Positions 50,701 to 63,250 are shown, counted from the first letter of the whole stretch. The stretch is DNA of 63,951 nucleotides, filler included, from Choristocarpus tenellus KU-1152 (GCA_964200185.2; 11 parts of 11 records of this genome joined end to end with filler, not necessarily neighbours in it), one strand, 5' to 3'. Made by a program: numbers and translations. Notes: generated from the letters alone by a model not told the origin.

Positions 50701-52295
50701 GCAAGGATGCATGACTCAAACCTTGAACATCCCTGGATAAATTCTTGCCTTAGTTGAAGGTTGATAGCACTGCACAAGCTCATAGTGGTCGGTGTCTATT
50801 TCCATCATTGGCGTTTTGTTCTGTTGACTATCATTGCTGTATGCATGTTTGTACATATGTGTTAGTGTCCAATTGTTTCTATTCTTGTCATTTACTGTCT
50901 CTAGTCATTTCTCTTGTCTTCCTTCCAGTTTATTTCCAACACAATACTGTGTTGGTTGTCAACTTCACTCTGTCGTATTGGAACTCTTTGATTGGAGTGC
51001 TTGGAACTAACGCTTTGTTTTGTTATTATTATTGTCATTTTCAGGGAGGTGTTTTTTTTTTGTGGAGAGGGAGAGATGAAAAAGTTTGAAACGGATTGGT
51101 TACATCATCTTTTAATTGAAAGGAAACTCTCCCCGATCCCTTGTGCCCCTGGTGTAGTCTTGCTCTTGTACTAGCATTAATATTAGGCAGGTCCAAGCTA
51201 GTATGACTGTTCTATTTTGTGCAATTGCTTTGTGTGAGATAACCCAATGAGTGTTTAAACCATGAGGGGTCATCCCCTACACTCAATCACAAACCTTCCT
51301 GTGGGTTACCAGAGCCCGTGCACAGTACACATGGTAACAGCATGTACTCTCGAGTATTGACCTACATATATATATTATTTTCTGTACTTGTCTGTTATGG
51401 ATATGATTGTATGTAACTATCACACTGAAATTCACTAGATCAATTTTCATAAGAGTAGCTCTTCGGTTGTACTCATCCATGGTGGCTTTGGCGAGCTGGA
51501 GCTATGTTACACGTGTGGTGCACTCCCCCAAGAATATGCCAAGCTATGCGAAGTGGAGTAGATCACTCACGCGTGAGTCTCATATCAATCTATTTTGAAG
51601 TGTCTTTGAGCAGATGCTATTTTACACCACTTTTCTGGTTGCTCATTTGTTATTGATTATGCATTATGGCATGGCATGGCATGACATGACATTTTCACTT
51701 CATACAACAGTTGATGTTCTTCCTTACATCCTCTGACATGACGTGCCCATCTTGTATCCTACCTTTCCTCCTGGGTCTTGAAGTTTAATCCCGTTTCTTA
51801 AAATTAAGGCCCCATCACAAAACAATCTGTAACGACAATCAGCAGAGGGAGTATCAGTTTATGCAGGGTTAACTACCATGTTTGAAGTAAGTTGTTATGT
51901 TTCGCCTTGAGTTCTCCTTTGCCAATTCAGTGAGACTTGAAGGAAGGAGAACGCACAGTCTGTGCAATATAGACTAGTAGTCTATATGGTTTATAGTATA
52001 AAAGTGAATGAAGTAATTTTACTTGAACTTCTAAGTGACTGATGTAATGTATCTGTCACAAACACGTTTAAACATATTTCTGATGTGTTTGATGACGAAT
52101 GAATTAGATAACAAGGGAGAGCACCACCCCCCACCTTGAGGATAGTGCTCACTCCGCTAATAAACATATCCATACCACACAAAGCAAAATACTCTACTTC
52201 AGTAGCTCTCTTTTGCATGGTTTATGAGCCTCATTGGTATGTAAGCGGACTCCCGTATGCTGCCACTATGGAGTGGAGCATGGGGGCATACACGG

Positions 52296-52395
52296 NNNNN
52301 NNNNNNNNNNNNNNNNNNNNNNNNNNNNNNNNNNNNNNNTTAATTAATTAANNNNNNNNNNNNNNNNNNNNNNNNNNNNNNNNNNNNNNNNNNNN
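52296..52395. other. Artificial contig spacer
   Basis: N44-TTAATTAATTAA-N44. Confidence 0.97.
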
Positions 52396-52427
52396 CCCTC
52401 CCCCCCCCCAGCCCCCAACTCACTCAC

Positions 52428-53247
52428 CCATCAGACTCGATAAGCAAACTAATTTCCCTATCAGCACGTGCATGAAAGTCTGTCAGCATCCTCTTCACTG
52501 CCACTGGTCGCCCCTCCAACAACCCCCGAAACACCACCGTCCCATGCGACCCATAACCAAGCACCACATCTGACACAGTCAAACACCCCACTCGGACATC
52601 TCCCCGCACCATGCTCCCCCCAGCCCCAACCCCTGGCCCAGCTGCAGCGGCACCCCCCGAAGACGCCTCTGATCCCCCAGAAAAACCACTGTCCAGTGAA
52701 GGATCATACTCCCCAGTACCAGGTGGAGGTTCCCCACCCCCCACCCATTGACCCCCTGTTGCCACCCCAGCCCCTCCTGTCCCTGCCCCAATTCCCTCAC
52801 CAGCCCCTCCGACCCTCGCCGCCCACCTCGCCAACCCTATCTGCTTGAAGAGTCGAGCAGCCCTTTGAGAGTCAAAGATCATCATTACCGCAAGTGTCAG
52901 CAGTCCCAGTGACAACACATTCCATCCCCTATACACCCAGCTCAGGAGTGCTTCTAGCGGCACCTGCCGCTGTGGCACAGGAGTTAGGTAGTTCCTACCA
53001 CCTACCCAGCCCCCTTCCCCCCTTCCTCCCCCTGCACCACCAGTGCCTGCGCCCAAAAGAGTGCTATCAAGAACACCATCCAAGTCGAGCACTCCTCCTG
53101 CACCAACAGCTATTCCATCACCTCCTCCTCCCCCTAGAAGTCCCTCCTCCCTATCATCACCAGTCCCCGACAGAGGGGAGAGTGGTGGAAGGCGGGTCTT
53201 ATACCCTGAGCTGGCACGTACCCCTTTTTGGTCACGAGTCCCGCCTG
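52428..53247 (-). CDS. IRE1: IRE1 ER-stress sensor kinase/RNase: exon with TM helix and kinase subdomains I-III
   Basis: WNVLSLGLLTLAVMMIF (TM), then VGCLTVSDVVLGYGSHGTVVFRGLLEGRPVAVKRMLTDFHARADREISLLIESDG, which is IRE1-diagnostic; GTGAGT donor. Confidence 0.93.
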
Positions 53248-53990
53248 CTAGTGAATCAACAATGACTATGAGTATGCTCATTGGGAAAGTTTACGGGTGG
53301 GAGCACCGCTGGATCCCCTTAAGTGATACTATATTTACCATGTGCTTATCATGAGAACAGTACTGGTGATAGTGATGCTGTGATCGCATCGCCTTACACA
53401 AGAGGGAATCTTGCTTCCTGCTACATAACGTTTAGTCATATTCTCAATCACTAGTGTAGGATACGATACACCTGCATATCACAGACAATTCAAATTCAAC
53501 AAATCAACAAGACAGTTTCATTTCTCCAACTTACCGTACATCCTTACAACACTACCTAGCTCCACTTCTAAACAGTCGCCGGGTGGGAGAGGGGGAAAGG
53601 GGGAGAAGGAACAGCAGCCATGTGAATGTAACTAGGGCATCAATGTAGTTGAAGGAATGACAAGTTGGTCAAATAAAGCGATGATATTCAATGCAGTGGG
53701 TTCAGCTTACACCATTGAACATACCCCATAATACTTGGTCTGTGTTGCCTCCAATATTTTTGTCCAATCAGTGATCTCTGCAATCTGATCAATCACAGTG
53801 AAATAATACAACCAAAAAATTATAACGACTGGACTTCGCCACAATACTCAACCAACGACAGGCGAACAAAAAAACAAACAGACTGGACACCAGAGGAAGC
53901 AGCAGCATCTACAAATCTTCCCGCTGTAGATCCTAGGGGCAACTATCCCGGAGTCACAAATAAATGAGATAAATGTGAAGTTTGGGTTGG

Positions 53991-54247
53991 GAGTGAAAGT
54001 ATCTTAGAGGGTACGAGTTTTCCCTGTTTGTACATTTGGGACTTGGCTTCCCATGGGATCTTTTGTGACATTTTCCTACTCCAAATTTTTTCGGAGTAGG
54101 GAAAGTGTATATGCTATGAAATGGTGTGTCCGAAACATGATATTGACACTTCCTAACAAACACGATAGCCAAAATTACATAAAAATCGCAACATTGGATT
54201 TTAGCCCCCAAATGGACACAGCTCTACCCTCTAAGATACTTTGGCTC
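53991..54247 (-). mobile_element. GAG...CTC MITE copy 4 (inverted), in an IRE1 intron
   Basis: gagtgaaagtatcttagagggta ... taccctctaagatactttggctc; flanked by ttgg on both sides. Confidence 0.85.
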
Positions 54248-54589
54248 TTGGGATGGGTAGCCACGCAGCAGAGGCTGGCCTTTGGACCATCCCGCCCCTG
54301 ATTCAAGAAAAATCTTTAGCAAATTCTGACACGCAACAATATCAATTTGATTCAACAAAACGCAGTCACCGTGGACACAATTTGATTTCTTTTTTTTCTA
54401 ATATTTTCGACTCCAAGCAACACCTGCACAAAAAACAAACAAACACACACACACACACACAAAAAACCCATCATCAATTCCACCTATAGATGTTTTAGCC
54501 CAAAGGTCACCATTTCTCACCCCCTCCAACCTTTCTCCAGAAAGGAAACCAACACCAAATACAGCTCAAAATAATCAGTGATGCCACAC

Positions 54590-54760
54590 CTTGTACTGAA
54601 CTCATGCTTCCATCCTGTCCTGTCCCAGAGCCCATCCCCACAACCATCTTCAGGCGAGCCTGCTCCTCTCCATGCACTTGTTGCACTGGATGGACACCCA
54701 CCATACACTGTGGAAAGTCTGGGTGACTAGGCTGGCATAATCTCAGCGCCCCCCCAGGAC
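54590..54760 (-). CDS. IRE1: IRE1 luminal-domain exon
   Basis: LCQPSHPDFPQCMVGVHPV; phase 1/1 and in frame with the downstream exon. Confidence 0.72.
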
Positions 54761-55544
54761 CTGTAAGTTCCACACGGAGAACAGTTGGCAAGAGGATGGC
54801 AGTGGATGGGCTATGGGGTGGGCATCAGGGAGAGGTGTCGTAAGGAAAACATATTGCCAGGTGGACCTTGTAACTTGGGAGGGATGGAAAGGTAGGGAGA
54901 CCTTCCTTGAGAGTGGAAATTGATCTCTGAACTCCATCGAGACTGGAAATTTGAGCAGGACATCACGGTACTTAGGGGGTAGGGGAGAAGCACAGTGTAC
55001 TTTACTTGATCGCAACACATTGGCACTGAACAGGTTGCAAATTCTTTCAAAATATATCACTCCATTCAAGTCGTGCTTTGAAAAGAGAAGGAAGTCAAAT
55101 AAATACCAATTCCCTACAAAAACTGTGACCATGATCTCTGTGAACACAAACGATAATTTAATTTACCATAAACATTCAAGGAGAAATCACTTCCACTGTC
55201 AGACACTACATTCGAGTATCATTCCAATATGTCTGCAAATGATGAGAGCATGAAAAACACCCTCACAATACAATTGACTACACAAACACAAACACACACA
55301 CAAAAACACAAGCATTGAAAATTTTAACCTGAAAATCTAAATTGAACCAGAAGACAGATTCCTTGTAACTAAATACCCTACTCCACACCAGCAGAGACTC
55401 ATGGTCCAAATTTTGAACAAGTCAAAACTAGGAGGTCGAGACAAAATTGTTTCTTCAATGGAATGAAAAAAATGCGAGAGCAGCAATGGTACAGAGGGGC
55501 AAGGAAAATCCATAAAAGATCTCTTGATATCAAGTCTAACTTAC

Positions 55545-55725
55545 CGTGATGTTGACCCTTGCTAGACCAGCTCGGTATCATAGATCCCCAGACACTTCGT
55601 CCACCTCCCCCCCCACCTCCATCAGAATTCCCATGGTCTATGCCCTCATCATGAGGCAAGAGTGGCTGGGTACTCCCCCGTATAGGAACCTTACTCTCAG
55701 GTCTACCCTTCTTGCCACGCCCCCC
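55545..55725 (-). CDS. IRE1: IRE1 luminal-domain exon, 5' end cut by the contig edge
   Basis: Open frame ending in a phase-1 GTAAGT donor compatible with the next exon. Confidence 0.6.
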
Positions 55726-55825
55726 NNNNNNNNNNNNNNNNNNNNNNNNNNNNNNNNNNNNNNNNNNNNTTAATTAATTAANNNNNNNNNNNNNNNNNNN
55801 NNNNNNNNNNNNNNNNNNNNNNNNN
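55726..55825. other. Artificial contig spacer
   Basis: N44-TTAATTAATTAA-N44. Confidence 0.97.
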
Positions 55826-56414
55826 TAAAAAGGTTTTAGGATATTTACAACAAAAAAACATATGGGCACTTTCCGTGCACCATTTCGGTCAAACCCATCC
55901 TCCATGAAATGATCCATCCGCCATTATCATGATCCGCTGTTGAAAGTCTGCAAAAAAAAGGCGTTAAAAAGATGTCCAGCAATCTTGAAAAAAAATTCGG
56001 TACGACCGCACCGGTCAAACTTGTCCAAGGACCTATCCCGGACCAGTTTTCTGGAAGGAGTTCAGTCAACCACGTCATTTTTGTATCTTTTGAAGTAATG
56101 ACCTTCAAAATTGCGTCAGTCAGGGATATTCCCCTGCGTTTTTCCATTATTATTTGATCGGGGCATAGCTCCCGTTCCTCAACGCTTATACAAACTCCAG
56201 CACAACCCTTCAAAAAAAGCTCTTGTTATACCCGTTTATTTAATATTGTTATATATATATGTTGCGGCTATCTATATGTTGAAAAAATTCAAGATTTCAA
56301 CAGAGGGCGAAGCTAGTGCTACCACCTTACTTACTGCATTATTATTAATGTGAGAGGGCGTAATAATAAAATGCTACATTATTATTGGATAATAGTATTT
56401 TATCATTTTATAGT

Positions 56415-56524
56415 ATTTTTCACATTTATTATGATATTTTATTTCCTTAGGGCTTACATTGATGTATGTATAGTTTTCATTTGTTTCCCCTGACACATTT
56501 GAAAATGTCGGAGGGCATAATAAT
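56415..56524 (+). mobile_element. CRE-like LINE 3'UTR fragment, copy D
   Basis: ttttcacattt...cttagggct...tatagttttcatttgtttcccctgacacat...gagggcataataat; flanked by an 18-bp direct repeat. Confidence 0.7.
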
Positions 56525-57561
56525 CTAATATATAAAAATAAAATGCTACATTATGGGATAATGAATCACCCATGCAATTCCACAGTTCATCATGGCAAAT
56601 ATGAAACAGTCGACATATCTCAAACATACAAGTATGCGAAGCATAGAAGTGCTAATGAGGTGTTTTAGACGTCGATTCAAGTTTGTGTCTTTCCTCTTTT
56701 TTTTTCACACGAGAATCATAATTTGTATCTCATAAAAATCTTTATTTTTTTTCTTTCGTTTACTTTGACCCACTCTATCACTGAACTCACTTTGCGCGAA
56801 GTGTACCAGATGTGCAACTGGATGATATATACTCAGAGCTAAAATATTTACAAACTCCTTCACAAAAAGGTGACAACCCTCGACACAGAGCATGTATCTC
56901 TTCCTTTTAATACACAAAAGGAATACCCCGACTACATACACTGTATCATTTTAACCCATACCTGTGCAGAGCATGTCACAAGGTTCAACATGAATGTATC
57001 AGTGTTTAACTGCACTATGGCACCCCTTCACTCCAAACGACCTGTCACTGTACAAGAGAGCACGATTCATTCAATCCAAGGTTTCAACACAGGTAGTAGT
57101 AGAGGTGATCTAACCAACACCATGTTCGTACTATTTGTTGCTCCACAGTCTTGCAGGATTAGTAACAGTAGGAGCAGATATTTGGATTTGTATTATTAAA
57201 GATGACGGAAGCATCAGATACATGGTGATATAAAGTACGAGTTTCACATGAAACTGTTAATTTCCGTAATTTATATTTCCAGTGTTCTGGAGAACATTCT
57301 GAGAACAACCTAGTTTTATAGACTTGTCATCTGGAAGGATCTAGTAAGATCGAGGCGTTTGGGAGTTCTGGAAGTACGTTTGTTATAGACGACTGTCAGT
57401 GGGAGTAGTAGTAGAGGCAACCCTACCAACTACTTCCAATCTTGACCAAGCAATTCAGTCCTGCTAGAGAGAGACTATTGCAGAAATGGTGGCCCTGTCG
57501 GTGAATGAGATGTTCATAATAAGAACAACAACAACAACAATTGTTACAAAACGCTCCATAT

Positions 57562-57675
57562 CTTACCTCCACGGAATGTGCAGTCCCTGTCCACAAGCCT
57601 GTAGATGGCGCTGATGCACGTACAGAATGCCCGAGGTATACCTATATATAGCCTGGTGACCAGCGGGGATGGTAG
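57562..57675 (-). mobile_element. Second copy of the LINE RT fragment at 15555-15660
   Basis: ttacctccac(a/g)gaatgtgcag...ccacaagcct(a/g)tagatgg..ct.atgcacgtacag is shared. Confidence 0.65.
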
Positions 57676-57680
57676 GTATT

Positions 57681-58092
57681 TTATTACTATGCCCTCTGAC
57701 GTTTTGCAGATGTGTCAAGGAAAACCAACGAAAACTATTCACATGTTAGAATAAACCCTTAAAAGGTAACAATTGCCATAAATGTGAAAAACGTTCATCT
57801 ATTCACTATTTTACTTCCAGATAGGCTACTCTGTTCCCTTCCTGCTCCTCTAACCTAGCTTAGTCTTGTACTCCAGGTTGAGGGGCTAGATAGGCATCTC
57901 ACGAATCTAGCAAGCCCCTCCTTGCCCATCTTCCTGGTGTCTCCAGCTTTAAGCACATGACCCGTCTGTGTAGGGCTATCTGTGTTGTGACAGAAACTAT
58001 CTGTCGTAGACGGGATTTGACAGCCCCCTTCCTGCTATAACCTCCTGTTCCTCTCCCCCCTACCGCGTGCACAGCTAGCTCATCTAGAAAAT
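57681..58092 (-). mobile_element. CRE-like LINE 3' end, copy C
   Basis: Same tail (ttattactatgccctctgac) and RLE-terminal segment (FLDELA...SRLRQIVSVTTQIAL) as copies A and B. Confidence 0.75.
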
Positions 58093-58488
58093 TATATTAC
58101 AAGGACTACTGTCAACATATAAAACTGATATCGTCAATGCTAAGACACGTTTCTAAAATATGTTACGCTATTTGAAAACTAACAATACAGCAATGTCCCC
58201 TTTAAGGTTGTTCATTTCAAAGTAATGTGCACACTGCTATGCCCCACTATAAAACCTTTGTTGTTCTTGACTCCATTGTCTTGCTTACATTTACATTAGT
58301 CTGAAGGGTTCCAAAACCTGTGACTGAAAGGTAGATGGAGGAAAAACAGTATGACAATGGTTGGCAAAACAAAAGAATGCAAATATGTAAACACGAGGAA
58401 ATGAGAGAGGGATAAAGAGAGAGAAACGTCCTGAGTACCTGAGGAGGGCGGCTAAGAAAACCCAGGTGTAACATAGTGGCACCCAAAA

Positions 58489-58634
58489 GACTCAAAGTAT
58501 CTGGGGGTGGGGGGTGGCGGCTGTCCATTTGGGGTCAATTTTTTCATGTCGCTATTTTTGGGCGATTTGATTGCATACGTCGGATGGATAATGTAAATGC
58601 ACTTTTCCTGGTTTTGAATCAAATGGACACCCTG
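58489..58634 (+). mobile_element. End of a GACTCAAAGTATCT TIR element, cut by the contig edge
   Basis: Matches the reverse complement of 1-56. Shares the terminal 14-mer and a tgtccatttgggg motif with the GAG...CTC MITE. Confidence 0.7.
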
Positions 58635-58734
58635 NNNNNNNNNNNNNNNNNNNNNNNNNNNNNNNNNNNNNNNNNNNNTTAATTAATTAANNNNNNNNNN
58701 NNNNNNNNNNNNNNNNNNNNNNNNNNNNNNNNNN
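58635..58734. other. Artificial contig spacer
   Basis: N44-TTAATTAATTAA-N44. Confidence 0.97.
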
Positions 58735-58798
58735 GACCGTTTTCGCAAAACAACCATCCTCATAGTCCCGCTCCTTCCTCAATTTTGAAAATCCACTG
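58735..58798. mobile_element. Terminus of a repeat ending ...aaaatccactg
   Basis: Homologous to 61351-61414 and in part to 55877-55905. Confidence 0.55.
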
Positions 58799-58822
58799 TT
58801 TATAATAGTGGCGTCTGCTTTT

Positions 58823-59023
58823 ACATGTTGAAGTGAACATCTGCTTGAAGTAAATAGTGGGTGATTTGAGGGGACCTTGCAAACTCCCCTCGTTCATTAT
58901 TGCTTGTTGTTCTTCTGACATCTATCTGCTTTTACATACATGTTGAAGTGAACATCTGTTTGAAGTAAATAGGGGGTGGTTTGAGGGGACCTTGCAACCC
59001 CCCCTCATTCACTTTTGCTTGTT
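58823..59023. repeat. Two-copy tandem duplication, ~115-bp unit
   Basis: acatgttgaagtgaacatctg(c/t)ttgaagtaaatag...ttgaggggaccttgcaa...ttgcttgtt x2. Confidence 0.85.
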
Positions 59024-59287
59024 CACCCTTTCCTGAATGATCTTCTGAGGGATTGCTCTCACTCTTGCCTCGTATCTCTCCATTTTCTTGCCTCCTCCTC
59101 CTGTGGGTCTTCCCGCTCCCCTTCAGTCTGAAGAACCTGTTGGTCTGTTTCCATCTGTTTCACATCTTATTTATGCATATTGTCAATAGTATTAATAGTG
59201 TTGGTGACACTAACAATATCATCATAATGCCTTCAGACTGTTGTCTACAAAGCCACTGCACCTACCTACCTACTACGTACAGACAGG

Positions 59288-60130
59288 ATGGATCCAGCGT
59301 TAACCCCACATAAAAACGAGATACTTGTGACCAATCTGCAACACTGTCCGAAGATTACATTGCAGCAGCAGGAGGAGCAAGCTCTCGTACTACACCAGAC
59401 TATAATCGAGAGAATTATTCCCATCTATCTGCTGTCAAAGGGTAACTGGGGCAATTACCAGTTCCACTCCTTCTGCGCTTCCAGTGGTGCTGCTGATGCT
59501 CCTCCAGATGGGTACTTGACAAATCCTTCTGTTATTGCATCTTATTCCCACTTATATTCGTACAATAATGACGTAACGTGCCCATCAATTCCTACCCTGA
59601 TATTGTTCACCAAAGATACTATTAATACAAGAACAGTGTCCACTCCAGTTCCTTTCAAATCCTTCGAAATGTTTTTTCGTACTACTACGCCATGAACAGA
59701 TCTCTTTTTAATGCTATTTTCAGAGTTTTTTCAGAATCAAAATCTTCTCTAGGTTCAGGATAGAATAATGATAGAATTGGTAAGGTCAGTAGTCCAGAAG
59801 ATGCAGCGTTTTTGATGCAACAATCAGATGCAAAGGAATAAAAATAACTGGTATAGTTTGATATTTCTATATTATATCTTACCACACAATTATGTTGTCA
59901 CAACATCCGCATCGATTGGAATAAATTATAATAAGAATACACCCCTATATTATTCCTATATTACTTCCAAACTATCCTTGGGAACGTAGTAAGCGTCATT
60001 GGATAGAATAAGTACGGGTAGAGGATAGTTGGTGCGGTGTTACTTCCAGTTGCTGTGCTCTGGTCGTTCTGTGCTGGAAGAGTTCTATAGTCGTGTGGGA
60101 TCCTCGACCACACGACATTTGATCGCAAAA
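59288..60130 (+). mobile_element. Possible decayed LINE apurinic-endonuclease (APE) domain
   Basis: ILVTNLQH...IYLLSK (N and E motifs, degenerate), PDGY and a terminal ILDH (~SDH); stops after 59695. Confidence 0.3.
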
Positions 60131-60779
60131 CAATGAATGGTGACAAGCGCGATGCAAAATCTATTCTCCTGCCTCATTTTGATTCGAGACTTCGTGGATT
60201 TCAATGATGTTGCTGTGCATCAATCGTTTTATACCACTTTTTGACATTTATTTTTCTTGGTACCTACAGTTTAGGACAGCAGCGTGTAAAGAAAGACATT
60301 TTTGTGTGTTAGGTGGTATTTGTTCGAGACCCGACAGCGTAAAACACCTAATGATAGACGGCGTAAGTGGGGTACTATACCACTCACATACCAGTACTAG
60401 TCTACTACGCTATAATATTGGGACATGAAGTACCTTGCCCCTCTCCAGTGATAACGAATTTATGTTTTGAGTCAGTCTGAACAAGTACTGTCTTCGTGAC
60501 AAATACGAAAGTAACCACTAATTTACATTCTGGCTTGTATCTCCATGAGCATATTGTAGTGCGTACATGCGTATAGTTCAAAGTTTGAAATACTATGTTG
60601 GATCTTCAATGCACGTCAGATGTCTTTCAATTTTGTAACTGGGCAAGTGCGTACAGGTTCAAAAATGTAGTTTGGTATGCCAGGCAACAAACAGGTATGA
60701 ATAAAAATACGCTACAAGAGACCCTAAACTGATTCAAGCAATTTTTAGTTAGTGCTATTGTTACCGAGTACTTCAATCG

Positions 60780-61060
60780 GAGTACATGTGCCACCCGGTA
60801 TTTCTACTGCACTTATTACACAAGAGTTCCACGAGTAACTCCTCAAAAAGTATCAAGTTAAATTCTTCATCAGAGTTCCGAAAGTGCTCTCGTTCTTGGT
60901 GGTGTGGTCCAAGGTGTCCACGTACACCAGTAGTAGCAGGTCACGTACCTGCGAGAATACTATTTATCTCGTACAAAGTGCCTCAGTAAAACATAATTCC
61001 GTGCTTGATTTCTCAATGGTTGACTCTCCTTGTCTCACGTCTCTCTCTACAAAAATGCTC
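60780..61060 (-). mobile_element. Ty1/Copia RT relic
   Basis: Minus strand STELCF...LLLLVYVDTL...YF...AVEI resembles DPCLF...LLVYVDDL...YFLGIEI. Confidence 0.6.
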
Positions 61061-61206
61061 TACTGTTGGGTCAATAATAATATTATTGTGTGGGCATCAA
61101 ATGTATGGGGCTGACGAGAAATAGTGTGAAGTATGTTGTACAGGCAATGTCATACTAGGTATTAATAGTGCTAGTAGAATGAGGTTACTACTACGTGTAC
61201 AGTAGT

Positions 61207-61250
61207 GACTCAAAGTATCTGGGGGGGGGGATGGTTTGTGAGGAGGCGTC
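61207..61250 (+). mobile_element. Start of a GACTCAAAGTATCT element at the contig edge
   Basis: gactcaaagtatctgggggg, same terminus as 58489. Confidence 0.55.
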
Positions 61251-61350
61251 NNNNNNNNNNNNNNNNNNNNNNNNNNNNNNNNNNNNNNNNNNNNTTAATT
61301 AATTAANNNNNNNNNNNNNNNNNNNNNNNNNNNNNNNNNNNNNNNNNNNN
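61251..61350. other. Artificial contig spacer
   Basis: N44-TTAATTAATTAA-N44. Confidence 0.97.
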
Positions 61351-62099
61351 GCACCATTTTCGGTCAAAACCATCCTCAATAGTACGCTCCATCCTCAATT
61401 TTTAAAATCTACTGTTTGTTGCAAGTACCTTCTATTATTGACAACGATTGGTTATAGAGATCATTCAAGACCATACACATGTTGTTACACTGCACAAAGA
61501 CTACGTATATGGTTGGAGTATTGACTGATGATGTTGGATACACCTCCCTCAAATAAGATAGTATTCGCATCAATCAGGGGGGGATGTGTATCCTGGCTAG
61601 TACTATTGATAGTATGCAAAGTTGTGGTCGATCCTTACCTATCCACTGAGTACTACTCAACAGTACTCCCGTACACATCATGAGGGTAAGTCAGAGTGTG
61701 GTGACATTTAGACTTGAGAGAAAGTGAACATCCAGCAGCAGCATATAGTGCTCTTCCTCACTCAAATCGAATATAGGAGGATCGCAGGATTAACTGATTG
61801 AACGGGAGATGCAAGAGGTCAGTTCAAGTTGTATGTAAGAACTCGTGTTGTTCGAGCACGACTTCCCTCCTACTGTTCATTATTTACTTCCATTAGTATG
61901 ACCAGACCTAGACTGGGTGGGTAGTGAGAGGAAAGGAATGCATCATGAGAAAATGCATGACATTTTCATGAAAAATATGAAAGAACCAAGAAAGGAAATG
62001 AAATAGATAATTCAATTTAACGTAAGATAACACAATTTCAAACCTGTGGCACCTCTTCCTCACCCACATAGGCAACATAATCAGGTGAAAACTCTGGAC

Positions 62100-63250
62100 G
62101 ATGATGTAATCTCGTCCTCATTTAGATCAGGTTTCAGGGTCTCATTACCTACATTTTGTTTGCCTTGACCAGAATAGCTTCGACCACTTCCATCAGTCTA
62201 GGTGCATCAACGAGTGCCATTCCTAGTGGACAATGGTTGGTCGAGAGGGTCGGCTCTGTGAGGGTTGAGATTGACCGACTCGTCATTTAGGAGCGCTTCA
62301 TATTGTCACCCCCCACCTTTTCTTGATGATTCCTTGTTCTCCCTGAGTAGCCTGCCAGATTCGTGGCGGATGTGTTAGGAGGCACTCTGTCTAGTCGTCT
62401 CTACATTAAATCATTTCAAGTGTTGGTAGATGCGAGCTCGATACCGAAGGTGAATATTCCTTCCATCTTCCTCTGTTGAGGGCACCAAGGACTACTGAAA
62501 GGAGGATGTCCTCATCCGTTGAGCAATTTACCCGCCACATTTCAACGCCATTTTGAATGCAGCGTTTTGGGAGTCTGTAGCACTGTTGTTGCCATTCCCA
62601 TTTCCGTTCCTCCCACCAGGTCTTCAATAAGTTTGCTTGAGCACATACTTGCTTCAAACTCTTCTTTTCAAATCGTGGTTCGACAAGATTGATGGAGTCT
62701 TCATACTATTCCTGTAGTCCCACAGCGATATTGGGTGTCGGGTTCTTCGCAGAAAGAGGTAGGAAATCAGGTTCACAGATAATCCTTACCAGAATATCTG
62801 TTACAGAGAAGAATTCTCAAGCCTGGGAAATTTGCAGAGGAAGTGACGGATGAGAGTGTGTAATAATCTATGTGGTGACCAATTGTCCCTTTGATAGGTG
62901 AAGCTGCAATCGAAGGGCAGACGAATGATGCCGCTTGGACCCCATGGGGAAAACTGCCAACTGTACCGGAAAGGGACTTTCCTTTTGTGGTCCTCTCATA
63001 ACATTTCGTTAATTGAAGAGTGTGCTTACAATCCTGCTCGCACACTTGGCAACTTTGCCAAAGGACTTGGATACTTAGCCGTTAGAGAAATGGCATCGTA
63101 GAACTCTGTGTTGGCATGTTGATGATGTGCACTGGAAAATAGGTTTTGCTGATGGTGTAAGGTCGAGCAGAGTGGATCATGTCGAGGTGGATATATTGTT
63201 GGTTTTTGTTGTAGTAGAGAAGAAGGTTAACCTCTTCCAGCAACTCATTG
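62100..63250 (-). mobile_element. Decayed Ty3/Gypsy integrase relic
   Basis: His/Cys-rich segment, then HIDYY...ILLCNRYSG (~.D..GP...ILV.VD.FSK), IQNGVEMWRVN (~PQ.NG..ER.N) and VVLGALN...YSP. Confidence 0.45.

Noticed and set aside
52468-53354. Pro-rich + strand ORFs
   Set aside because: They are antisense shadows of the Gly-rich IRE1 exon.
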